Source: Thraustochytrium aureum
Taxonomy: Eukaryota
DNA length: 64,000 nt
Assembly: GCA_012862495.1 (NCBI GenBank)
Contig: BLSG01000419.1
Location: forward strand, 12,121 to 76,120
Direction: 5' to 3'
A program made the position numbers and the translations under genes. This document shows, in pieces, positions 23,601 through 34,502 of this stretch. Position 1 is the first letter of the stretch. Each line of letters begins with the position of its first letter. Below the pieces are notes generated by a model. It was given only the letters and a program-made list of their open reading frames with translations, ran no database searches and was not told the DNA's origin.

Positions 23601-25296
23601 CCAGGGGCAGGATATGGATCAGGATATGGATCAGGAGGTGGCGGCTTTGGCGCCATGCCTGGCTCTGGAGCAAACTCTCTAGAACCCGGAGCTGGCGGGC
23701 CTGGAGCAGCTTTCGGTGGCTCCCGTGGTGGCAGCGGGCCTGGCGCACTGCAAAGCACCAATAGCGGCGGTTTTGGCTTCGGCGGCGGGCAGCAGAGCGA
23801 CAGGCCGTCCGAGATCAACGGGCTCCGCACGAAAACAGTAGCCCTCTCTGGCGACGACCTGTGGCGGGAGTTTAAGGTCCAGGTATCCTTGGGGGCGGGC
23901 CTCCTCCCCTTGCTTTTTGCAAAGAAACGCGAGGAAGACTTGAAAAGGGAGCAAGCTCTCGCCGCCGCCGCCGCCGCCGAGAAAAACGAGACGAAGGGTG
24001 GTGCGAAAGGCCTAGACGCTGTCGCCGCAGACGAGCCAAAGCCGAGACCGTCATCGCCGCCGCCAAGAGCCAAGAAATCTAAAGCTCTCGGGCCCAAATC
24101 AGACACGAAGCGAGTCCACTGGGACGTGCTCGAGGACACAGAAGGTACCATCTGGGACAGCGGCGTCGACAGCAGCGACATCGAGTTTGCGGACCTCGCG
24201 AGCGAGTTCTCAGCCAAGCAACCCTCGCTCAAAGCCGCCGCGGAGGGCGGTGCGGAACCCGCAGCTCCGAAAAAGCGCCAGGAGGTCGCCTTGGTTGCGG
24301 ACCCGAAGAGGCGGCAAAACATGAGCATCTTTGCCAAGACGCTCATGAAAGGCGGGCGAGAGCTGAGCGAGATTGGCAGCGCCCTGAAGCTCATGCAGCT
24401 CGGCAAGTTTGGCCCGAACGCGCTAGAGTCGCTGACAGAGTTTCTCCCTGAAGGCGAGGAAGCCGAGGCCGTTTCCGCGTATGTTGAGGGCGGAGGAGAC
24501 CCTTCACTTTTAGGCCCGGCCGAGAAGCTGGTTCTCGCGCTGGGCGAGGTGCCGCGTCTTGCGCAGCGCATCAAAACACTCAGAGTTGTGTCCGAGTTTG
24601 ACGAGTCGCTGCAGGACGCACAGGCGCGCGTGGCCACGGTGCGCGCAACGTGCGGGCACGTCAAGAACTCTGAAAAGTTCGTGCAGCTTTTACAGATCAT
24701 CCTCAAAGTAGGAAACGAGCTCAACAAGGGAACGCAAAAAGAAGGGGCACAAGGGATCCGCCTCTCATCGCTCATCAAGCTCACGCAAACAAAGTCGAAC
24801 CAAAACACGACCTTGCTCGAGTACCTGGTCGAAAACCTGGACGCCAAGCAGCCAGAGATGCTGGAGGTCGCCGACGACTTTCCGCAGCTCGCCGAGGCTG
24901 CGCGCTGCAACCTGCAAATCCTCTCTGCAGACGTGGCCAAGCTCAAGGCGGGGAGCGCGCAGGTCGATGCGGTTCGGCAGGCGGCTGCGAAGGCTGGCGA
25001 CGACCCGGAGTTTTGTCGCTGTCGCCGGCCCGTTCGTCGAGCGCTCGGGGCAGCTGGTCGCCGAGCTCGATTCGGCTTTCGCAGCCATGAAGGCGCAATT
25101 TGCAGACCTCTGCAAATACGTCGGTGAAAGCGCCGACGCCACGGCGCCCGAGGAGCTGTTTCAGCACCTCCTCGCCTTCCTCGAGACGCTGAAGACGACG
25201 GTGAGGCAGGTCCGGGATGCGCGCGAGCGCCGCGAGAAGCGCGAGCGCCATGAACAACTCAAGCAAGAGCGCAGAGACCGCCTGGGCAAGCCGTGA
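20698..25296 (+). CDS. Formin with N-terminal TPR repeats, Gly-rich linker and FH2 domain (one intron, about 3 apparent indels)
   Basis: Exon 1 MAPSRGSE...MLP splices in phase to ECMVLTRAYF. Kinesin-light-chain-like TPRs (GLNHPFTADSHYNMG, LGRRHPDT). FH2: KRVHWD...TIWD, RRQNMSI, LPEGEE, LGPAEK..L.L.EVPRL..RI, LLQIILKVGNELN, GIRLSSLIKLTQTKS..TTLLEYL, YVGE...PEELF. Frame changes near 22740, 23130 and 25015. Confidence 0.75.
20888..21749 (+). other. Spliceosomal intron (862 nt) in the TPR-formin gene
   Basis: Donor CCAG|GTAGGT, branch-like GCTGAC at about 21726, acceptor CGCAG|. The phase-1 join gives GAG and links the two ORFs in frame. Confidence 0.7.
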
Positions 25297-25457
25297 CGGA
25301 GCAGTGGTCACGCGCCAGGTCGGACTTTGACACGGTTTTGAGCTCGAGGCGTTGCGACGGGTAGCGCGCGTTCAGTTTTGGGCAGGGTAAATCTGTTGGC
25401 TCATTTCCTATGCGGCTCTTCAGCCTGATTGAAATAGTCTTGCGCCGCGACTCGGCT

Positions 25458-26225
25458 CTATCCCTCCATGATCTCCTTCTCCCGCTTGTCGGCCATTTCG
25501 GAGGCCTTCTCCTGCGCCTTCTCGTTGAGCTTTTCTACCTCTGTTTGCAACGCGTGGAACTCGTCCTCTGAGATATCCTTGTCCTTCTTGAGTTTGTTGA
25601 GCTGCTTCATCGCGTCCCGCCTCACCATGTTGATGGCGCTCTTGGTCTTCTCGCGCAGCTCGCGCGAGCGCTTGATGGTCTCGTCGCGCGCCTGCTTGGT
25701 GGTCTTGGGGATTGGCACGTTGATCGTCGTCCCTTCCACCGAGGGGTTCAGGTTGAGTCCGCCTTGCTCGATGGCCGAGCGGACCGCTTCGACGAGTTTG
25801 GCGTCAAAGACTGTTATGCAGAGGAGCTTGGGGGACTTTAGCGTGCATTGCGCGATGTTGGGCAGCGGCGTGAGGTCCCCGCCGTAGGCGTCAATCTTCA
25901 AGTGGTCCAGCATTGAGGGGTCGGGCCGCCCCGCCCGCAGCTTGCTCAGTTCGTTCTTGAACGCGCCCAGGATCTTGTTGAGGGCGCTCCGCGGCTCTTC
26001 CATGTTGAACTCGGCGCCTTCATCATCGTCGGAGCTCGCAGGCCCCGGCGTCTTGTCGGCCCCCTTCTTTTTCGCCTTCTTCGCGAGCCCGCGTGTCCAC
26101 TCAGCGCGCTCGGCATGCCAGGCCAGCGTCGCCCTGCAGTCCGCCCAAGGCCGGCCGGCCAGGGCGCCGGCCGCGGCCCGGAGTCCAGCCGCCCGCCCAG
26201 CCCCCTCCTGCCCGCGACCAGCCCA
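25458..26225 (-). CDS. MRRF: Organellar (mitochondrial) ribosome recycling factor; N-terminus in gap
   Basis: LSKLRAGRPDPSMLD.L.IDAYG...PL..IAQ...LNLNP..EG..I.VPIP..T...R...KSAINMVRRDAM..L.K...ISEDE....EVEKL......KEKEI. The frame stays open upstream through RGLAKKAKK (presequence-like). Confidence 0.93.
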   Translation of the reverse strand, partial: WAGRGQEGAGRAAGLRAAAGALAGRPWADCRATLAWHAERAEWTRGLAKKAKKKGADKTPGPASSDDDEGAEFNMEEPRSALNKILGAFKNELSKLRAGRPDPSMLDHLKIDAYGGDLTPLPNIAQCTLKSPKLLCITVFDAKLVEAVRSAIEQGGLNLNPSVEGTTINVPIPKTTKQARDETIKRSRELREKTKSAINMVRRDAMKQLNKLKKDKDISEDEFHALQTEVEKLNEKAQEKASEMADKREKEIMEG

Positions 26226-27165
26226 NNNNNNNNNNNNNNNNNNNNNNNNNNNNNNNNNNNNNNNNNNNNNNNNNNNNNNNNNNNNNNNNNNNNNNNNNNN
26301 NNNNNNNNNNNNNNNNNNNNNNNNNNNNNNNNNNNNNNNNNNNNNNNNNNNNNNNNNNNNNNNNNNNNNNNNNNNNNNNNNNNNNNNNNNNNNNNNNNNN
26401 NNNNNNNNNNNNNNNNNNNNNNNNNNNNNNNNNNNNNNNNNNNNNNNNNNNNNNNNNNNNNNNNNNNNNNNNNNNNNNNNNNNNNNNNNNNNNNNNNNNN
26501 NNNNNNNNNNNNNNNNNNNNNNNNCGTGATTGGACCTGGCAGGTCAGGTGCCGTTGCGTTACTTTCATGAACAACCAACCTTACTCATCATCGAGTCCGC
26601 ATCGCACGATGAGTTGTAAAAGCATTACTAAGCGCGTTGGTGCGATGGACGTCGATTGATCGGTCGATCTGTCGGTTGATGGCGAGAGCTTGCTGAAGCT
26701 GACGACCACAGCTGGGGCACAGCGTTACGCGCGCGCTGCGTCGCTGCTCGGCGTTCGCTGGGTTTGAGAAGTTGGTGCTTGTGGACAGTCCGAGGCTCAG
26801 GTGCGACTTGTTTGGCCTTCGGAGTGTTGTCCGTTGACAGGGCTGGGGCTCGAGGATGATGTGGCACATCCAGCAGCGCAGAGAGACAGCACGGTGTATC
26901 GCACAAACAATATTGAACCGGGCTTGTGGTCGGCCTAGGCTGCCCTAGGTTCAGCGTTTTAATTTTGAAACGTGAGCTGCGCGAGCCACAGCCCTGGTAG
27001 TTCTCTCGCACCCCTCTCTGTGTTGCAGACGACTATTTGCGCAGCCGCCTCGACGCGGGCTGCGGCACAGCCGCTGGGTATCAGGGCGCGTTGGTGACGT
27101 GAGGACCGCTTTTGCTGCGCGGGCGTGGGAAGGCGTGGCCGTCGCGTGGTGGCGCGTGCCGAATT

Positions 27166-28413
27166 ATGGGAGCACATGGCGCAGGCAGCGGCGCCAGCGA
27201 CGGTGCTTCAGTTTGCATTCTTGGATGCCTCCAAGACGGCGCCTGCCAGCCAGACGGCACCTGCGCTTGTTTGGGCGGCAGTGCACAGCAGTCGCTCGAG
27301 TTTGATGTTTTTAATGTCGCTAGAGATCCGCGGCTGTCGCCGTGTGATGCCAGGCCGACCGCGATCGCAGCACTGTACGCGTCAGCCGGGGTTTTGCTGC
27401 TGCTCGGCGGCGTCTTTCAGCTCTCGATCATCCGCACCAGGAAACAGTTTCGTCGAACCCTGCCGACCCTCCTTGGCTATGTCGCCGGAGCGGGCATGTG
27501 CCTCTCCCGCACATTCACCGGCGAGTGGTTCTTGTTCGGCGAGAGCATAGTGTTTACAACGGTGTTTGTGATCGGCGTGTGGGCCTTTTTCGCTGGTTGC
27601 GTCGTCTTCCTGAGCAAGTACACGACCTACTTGCTCAAGCAGATGAAGTCCGGGGTGGACCCCTCGAGCGAGTTTCGCGTCAAGGCAAAGGTGACGATCT
27701 TTGTGAAAATCCTCCGCGGCTCTGTGGTGACCATCTTTATCTCCTTCCAGGCCTTTACGCTATTGCCGTTAGCGCCTCCGGAGCAGCGAGTGGTGTTTGT
27801 GCGCCTCGGAATGGCCTCTTTGGCGACGCACACGGTGGTATTCATGCTGATTTCGTGGTTCATGTTTGCATTGATTTTGAGGTCGTTCCGCAACTTTATC
27901 AATATCTCAAGAGCTCGGTTATCGTCCACGCCACAAAGCATTGCTAATGGTGGTGTTTCCAAGGAGATGGCGCGCCTTGAGCGAAGAATTACGATGCACG
28001 CGTGCGGAGTCCGCTTGGTTCGGGCGTTGACGCTGTGCCTTGGATCGTTTCTCTTTCCCGCGGCTCTTGCCGCAGTGGTGTCTGACAGGGCTCTTTACGC
28101 GTGGAAGTACCTGATCCCAGCCGTTGGTCTCATATGGGGCGCTTTCGTTCTCGCCACGACACGGCTTATCTTCAAATACGGCGCTCGGAGCGCACGAAAC
28201 AACGCGGTGGCGTCATTCCGCTCGCGAGCAAACCATGGGATGAACCCGAAAGGCAACACCGGTTTTGCAAGCTCGTTCGCCACGGGGCTATTTTCGGCAG
28301 GACTCAAAGTTTCGTATCGGGTCGCGCATCACAATGGAGTGGAATCAAGTCACCACACGAAGAGTGTGGTAGAAACGCAACGCCTCTCGAGTCGTGGCGA
28401 TCTGCTAAGCTGA
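27166..28413 (+). CDS. Hypothetical seven-transmembrane protein with N-terminal EGF-like Cys motif
   Basis: CILGCLQDGACQPDGTCAC followed by seven hydrophobic segments and a Ser/basic tail. Uninterrupted ORF. Confidence 0.7.
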   Translation: MGAHGAGSGASDGASVCILGCLQDGACQPDGTCACLGGSAQQSLEFDVFNVARDPRLSPCDARPTAIAALYASAGVLLLLGGVFQLSIIRTRKQFRRTLPTLLGYVAGAGMCLSRTFTGEWFLFGESIVFTTVFVIGVWAFFAGCVVFLSKYTTYLLKQMKSGVDPSSEFRVKAKVTIFVKILRGSVVTIFISFQAFTLLPLAPPEQRVVFVRLGMASLATHTVVFMLISWFMFALILRSFRNFINISRARLSSTPQSIANGGVSKEMARLERRITMHACGVRLVRALTLCLGSFLFPAALAAVVSDRALYAWKYLIPAVGLIWGAFVLATTRLIFKYGARSARNNAVASFRSRANHGMNPKGNTGFASSFATGLFSAGLKVSYRVAHHNGVESSHHTKSVVETQRLSSRGDLLS

Positions 28414-29943
28414 CGACGAGGCTCGAGAGGCTTGCGCATATTGATTGGATGAGCGTCGGTGCTCTTGTCTGGGCACATCCACGTTGCATGTGCTTCAATC
28501 GTGGGGGGTGTACCGGCAGCACAAGCAATTACATCAGGGAGCGTATGACACGCAACCCTGATCCAAGGTTATCTCGTGGCTCCGTGGCGTGCGTTTGTGG
28601 ACGAGAGCGAACTCGGACGGACAACTTGACGTTGCGCGCTTTTGTCTGGCTCGTGCGGCTGGATCGACGCAGGTGCCAGACGTGCGTTGCGTTTCAATAG
28701 ATAAAACTTGGAAGAAGGGCAAATCTGGCACGCCATTCTCGAACCTTTGAGGCCCGTTCTGCCACGAGCGAGGCAACAACTACTGTCTGGAGAAACCGGG
28801 TGGCTTGCAAACATCACCTTGACATTTGCACCTGGTAAGGCCTTGTTTTGGGNNNNNNNNNNNNNNNNNNNNNNNNNNNNNNNNNNNNNNNNNNNNNNNN
28901 NNNNNNNNNNNNNNNNNNNNNNNNNNNNNNNNNNNNNNNNNNNNNNNNNNNNNNNNNNNNNNNNNNNNNNNNNNNNNNNNNNNNNNNNNNNNNNNNNNNN
29001 NNNNNNNNNNNNNNNNNNNNNNNNNNNNNNNNNNNNNNNNNNNNNNNNNNNNNNNNNNNNNNNNNNNNNNNNNNNNNNNNNNNNNNNNNNNNNNNNNNNN
29101 NNNNNNNNNNNNNNNNNNNNNNNNNNNNNNNNNNNNNNNNNNNNNNNNNNNNNNNNNNNNNNNNNNNNNNNNNNNNNNNNNNNNNNNNNNNNNNNNNNNN
29201 NNNNNNNNNNNNNNNNNNNNNNNNNNNNNNNNNNNNNNNNNNNNNNNNNNNNNNNNNNNNNNNNNNNNNNNNNNNNNNNNNNNNNNNNNNNNNNNNNNNN
29301 NNNNNNNNNNNNNNNNNNNNNNNNNNNNNNNNNNNNNNNNNNNNNNNNNNNNNNNNNNNNNNNNNNNNNNNNNNNNNNNNNNNNNNNNNNNNNNACCGAC
29401 CTCCAGCCGCATTGCAAGATTGTTTTTCTTTCGTTCGCGGTGCAGGCTCGTTCTCGTTCGCGGTGCAGGCTTATTAATTAAAGAAAAACTACGACCCGAC
29501 CGTGAATTTGATTTGGTTGGAATTCGTTCACCATCAGAGCACCGGACAATCGTTGCGCGGCGTCGCGTTGTCAGCCCAAGTGGTTGGAGAAAAAGCTCAG
29601 GGGGGCGCGATGAGCCGGCGACGCTCGGAAGTGGACAATTAATTCGCCTCGTCTGCAATCTGATCGTCGCGCGGACCTATTTGCGGAGTCATCCGCGCTG
29701 CGCTGGTTGTTGGCCTGCGACCATCGAGAGGTAGCTGATTGACCACCCGCAACTGCACCCCTCTTCTAGCTCTAGCTATGGCGCCCACCTCTCTTGCAAG
29801 CTGACCATACCTGTTGCGCGTGAGTGCGAGTCGAGTCAACCCTGCACGGACCTCGAGCAAACCCGCAACCTGCAAGAACCTGCAACAATTCGCAAGACAG
29901 CATCCAAGCTTGTGCAAGACCACCCAGGCAGTCCACTCGAAAG

Positions 29944-30772
29944 ATGAAGGCAGCCACGCTCGCCTCCGCCTTGTTTGCTACGCTCTTTGCCCATGGCACG
30001 GCGCAAAGCGACTGCAGCTCTGACCAGTGCAGGGCGTGGAGCAAATTCGCCACTGCTATGAGCTGGGGCCCGACCTGGATTCTCTGCAGGAACGTGGATG
30101 GCGTAAATGGCGAAGACCCGTGCGACAAGAACAACTGCCCGTTCAAGAGAGGTTTCGTGACTTGCAGCTCAGGCAAACTTGAGACCATCAACTTTGCGTC
30201 CAACAACAACTTGATTGTCGCCGACGATGAGTTGCTGCACACGGCCATGGACGAGCTAGCAGCGCTCAGCTCGGTCAAGTCAATCACGCTCAAGAATCAG
30301 GCGAACCTTGGACTCACCCAGTGTTTCGATGCCTGCAACGGAGCCATCGATTGCACATTTGAATCTGGATGCACGGGTTCCTGCGCGGCGAACGGTGGGC
30401 CGTGCCCCACGGCAGCCCCGTCTGCCGCGCCCTCGTCAACCCCAACTGCGTCGCCCACGTCGAGTCCGTCTGCCATGCCCACGTCAGGCCCCGACTGCCT
30501 TGCCCACATTGGCCCCGTCTGTCTCACCCAGCGGCTCAGATACAATCGATGCACCTACGGTTTCGCAGCCAACGCCGAAGCCCACGGACAGTGGGATCTC
30601 CACGCCGGCGCCCAGGCCCACAACGCAGCCCCCAAGCGGCGCCAACCTTGGACCAACGACCGGCTCCCCGACGCCTGTTGAGGAGAGTGGCAACAAGGAC
30701 GCTACCGCGGCTCCGACCCCAACGAGCTCAGGAAATCACCTGGCAAGCGCTTTGGTGGCCGGAATCGTCGCA
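29944..30772 (+). CDS. Secreted Cys-rich protein with Thr/Pro/Ser mucin-like stalk, probably GPI-anchored (paralog A)
   Basis: Signal MKAATLASALFATLFAHGTA; QCRAW...CTFESGCTGSCAANGGPC; PTxxPS repeats; after an indel near 30490, TAAPTPTSSGNHLASALVAGIVA running into the gap. Confidence 0.75.
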
Positions 30773-33079
30773 NNNNNNNNNNNNNNNNNNNNNNNNNNNN
30801 NNNNNNNNNNNNNNNNNNNNNNNNNNNNNNNNNNNNNNNNNNNNNNNNNNNNNNNNNNNNNNNNNNNNNNNNNNNNNNNNNNNNNNNNNNNNNNNNNNNN
30901 NNNNNNNNNNNNNNNNNNNNNNNNNNNNNNNNNNNNNNNNNNNNNNNNNNNNNNNNNNNNNNNNNNNNNNNNNNNNNNNNNNNNNNNNNNNNNNNNNNNN
31001 NNNNNNNNNNNNNNNNNNNNNNNNNNNNNNNNNNNNNNNNNNNNNNNNNNNNNNNNNNNNNNNNNNNNNNNNNNNNNNNNNNNNNNNNNNNNNNNNNNNN
31101 NNNNNNNNNNNNNNNNNNNNNNNNNNNNNNNNNNNNNNNNNNNNNNNNNNNNNNNNNNNNNNNNNNNNNNNNNNNNNNNNNNNNNNNNNNNNNNNNNNNN
31201 NNNNNNNNNNNNNNNNNNNNNNNNNNNNNNNNNNNNNNNNNNNNNNNNNNNNNNNNNNNNNNNNNNNNNNNNNNNNNNNNNNNNNNNNNNNNNNNNNNNN
31301 NNNNNNNNNNNNNNNNNNNNNNNNNNNNNNNNNNNNNNNNNNNNNNNNNNNNNNNNNNNNNNNNNNNNNNNNNNNNNNNNNNNNNNNNNNNNNNNNNNNN
31401 NNNNNNNNNNNNNNNNNNNNNNNNNNNNNNNNNNNNNNNNNNNNNNNNNNNNNNNNNNNNNNNNNNNNNNNNNNNNNNNNNNNNNNNNNNNNNNNNNNNN
31501 NNNNNNCGCTCCGAGCGACGGCGCTTCGTTGGGCAGGGTCCCATGGCGGGGAGGAATCTGACGAGCTTGGGCTGCCTCTCCTGTAACGGAACTTTGTGTC
31601 GAGAAACGAGTTGTTCGCGTCGCGCGAAATGCTCGAGCACCAAGCGAGGAGGCCCGCACGGGCAAACGCTGGTCGGCGTGCCGCCCCATGACGGACGAAC
31701 GGACGGATGGACGGACGTGCATACGCGTTCCGCGCCACGCCGCATGGCGACGACCGACTGCTCAAAATTTTGCGCAGCGCCGTGTAGGGCAGCTCGGAGC
31801 GACGCGGCCGTAAATCGTGGCCCAGAACTGACCCTCCCCTCCGCACAGAGGCCCCCACCCATGCAGGACTTGGTACCCGCGAGAGCTCGGGCCTTCCTTC
31901 GCCTGGAACATGCGTTTGTTGCATGCATCGCCGATCTCCTCACATTTGCCGGGGTTGAGCACAACCTGATCCTCCGGTGACGGCGCGCGCGAACTCGCCT
32001 CTACAGAAATACAGCGACGTCCCTCGACCTGGCAAGCCAACGTACTCGATCGAGCATGTCTGTCACTTGGCTGGGTGCTGGTCACGTCACATCAGCCGCG
32101 GTAATGCATCCGTTTCAAACGAGCACCTTGTCCTTCTTTTCTCCTCGCGAGCCCCGCGACCTGTTTGGAGTGCATCGTGCAGGGCGACAACTCGGCCTGC
32201 CGGCAGCAGCGCACGAAATGGATCGGAGGGTGGGTGGACAGATGGGATGGGCGGACGGTTGCAAGCATGGATGGACCGATGGAAGGATGGGTCTGCACTC
32301 TACCTGTACCAGCGCTACCTACCGGAAGACACCAACTTTTTTATTCTGCGAGGCACGGAGTTCGTCGTTCGGCATGGCAGCAACAGATCCGGCTGGGGCC
32401 GACCACCCGCGAATTTCGTGTCCGGCATGGCCAAGAGCGCTCGGAAAAGCCAGCGCGGTTTGGGCCTGGCGAACCCTCCGCCTTGCAGTGCTGAAAAAAG
32501 CTTTTGGCCCCCGGTGCCGTCGCCGCCGTCGTCCTTTTTCAAAGCCTCGTCGCTGCCCATCCGTGCCCGAAATAACCTTCGCTCTGCTCTCGAGGGAGAT
32601 CTGCTGTAGCGTAAAGAGATCGAAGCAAAGCCTCAGCGCAGTCTCAGCTATAGATTCGTTTCGTCGGTGCTGCGCCGCACCTTTGCCGCGAGCAAGCCGA
32701 AGGAAGTGGGTGAAAAATGGCGCGCGGTTCTGGCCAGGAGGTTTTGTTGGGCGAGGCAAACGATTGGCCGCCCCCAAGCGCCGCGCCGCGTCGCGCCGCT
32801 TGCGCCAAACCTTCGAAGAACGCATACAGGGCAGGCAGTAAGGACCCTTAGGACATGACCGCAATTTTGGGCATTGACCTACCCTCGACTCGGCCGTGCG
32901 CCCAACCAAGTCTGCTTTAACTGACAGATCTAGCGGGCCTCCTATCAGTTACAGTCACGTCCTTTACCTGCTTCGGAGTGCGGCAGAGCAGGGCAGACCC
33001 GAATTGCAAGTCTACAAAGCATCAACAACATCCGCGCAGCAAAGTGCAAGGCGATCTCCGACGCTTGGACACAGGAAAG

Positions 33080-34158
33080 ATGAAGGGAACAGCGCTAGCT
33101 GTCGCACTCGCGGCCATCCTTGCGACGCAGGGCACTGCGACCAACTTGACGATGACTGTCTGCGATGGTATCTTCAACACCCGCCGCGCAGAGCAATGCA
33201 GGGCCTGGACCCNNNNNNNNNNNNNNNNNNNNNNNNNNNNNNNNNNNNNNNNNNNNNNNNNNNNNNNNNNNNNNNNNNNNNNNNNNNNNNNNNNNNNNNN
33301 NNNNNNNNNNNNNNNNNNNNNNNNNNNNNNNNNNNNNNNNNNNNNNNNNNNNNNNNNNNNNNNNNNNNNNNNNNNNNNNNNNNNNNNNNNNNNNNNNNNN
33401 NNNNNNNNNNNNNNNNNNNNNNNNNNNNNNNNNNNNNNNNNNNNNNNNNNNNNNNNNNNNNNNNNNNNNNNNNNNNNNNNNNNNNNNNNNNNNNNNNNNN
33501 NNNNNNNNNNNNNNNNNNNNNNNNNNNNNNNNNNNNNNNNNNNNNNNNNNNNNNNNNNNNNNNNNNNNNNNNNNNNNNNNNNNNNNNNNNNNNNNNNNNN
33601 NNNNNNNNNNNNNNNNNNNNNNNNNNNNNNNNNNNNNNNNNNNNNNNNNNNNNNNTAGCTTGCGAGTTCAATGCTGGGTGCTCTGGGCCCTGCACAGAGA
33701 ACGGTGGCGCATGCTCCGCGCGAGTGACCAAGGCTCCGACCAGTGTCTTGCCGACGACCTCGCCGACGACCTCGCCGCCGACGGCCACGCCGACGGCCAC
33801 TGAAACGGCTCCACCCAGCACTTCGACGGAAACCGTTGCGCCGTCGACTTCGCCCTCCGCGTTCATTCCGGTTTCGACGCCAAGCCCTACGGCGGGCGAC
33901 GTCGCCACGGAGGCGCCTACCGCGGAGCCGCCCGTAACGGCGTCTCCCACCCAGCCGCCCGTGACCGTGGAGACGGCGGCGCCCACGAGTGAAGACAAGT
34001 CCGAGGAAACGGCTTCGCCAACTACCTCGCCGACCGAGGACGAGGAGGGCAGCACGGGCGGCCGTACTACCGCAGCTCCGACCCCCAAGAGCTCGGCGAG
34101 CCGCCTGGCTGGCGCTCTAGTGGCTAGTATTGTCGCGCTCAGCGTGATGGCGCTCTAA
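33080..34158 (+). CDS. Secreted Cys-rich mucin-like, probably GPI-anchored protein (paralog B; middle in gap)
   Basis: Signal MKGTALAVALAAILATQGTA; QCRAW; CEFNAGCSGPCTENGGAC; PT-rich stalk; C-terminus TAAPTPKSSASRLAGALVASIVALSVMAL*. Confidence 0.78.
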
Positions 34159-34502
34159 ACCACATGCAACCTTATGCACAAGGCGAGCGCATTCCGGTGT
34201 CATGTTGAGATAAAATCCATTCTGGGTAGGTTGGCGCGCGCGAGTTCCTGCGGGGTCACGCCGCTGTGCGCCGACTTGTCACGGCGAGCTGTTGCAGTAA
34301 TCAAACAAAACCAGAAAGAGTAGGCTCTAGCTTTTGAATTATCACAGCACAGCACAAGAATGCTTTGCTGGAAGTGCAGGGTTGCAGCAGCAGCGGCGGC
34401 GGCGGCAGCGCGGTCTCGGCCTGCGCGACGCCGATTGATCGATGCCGCACGAGCAGTGGCCAGAAAGGAAATAAAAAGCGGTTCGCCTGGCCGGATGTTT
34501 TG

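Noticed and set aside
23378..24946. Proline-rich antisense ORF as a gene or FH1 domain
   Set aside because: It is the reverse complement of the Gly-rich (GGN) codons of the formin gene.
31507..33000. Possible gene or transposon between the two mucin-like genes
   Set aside because: No recognisable domain, coding bias or terminal repeats; only short GGAC/GGAT simple repeats.
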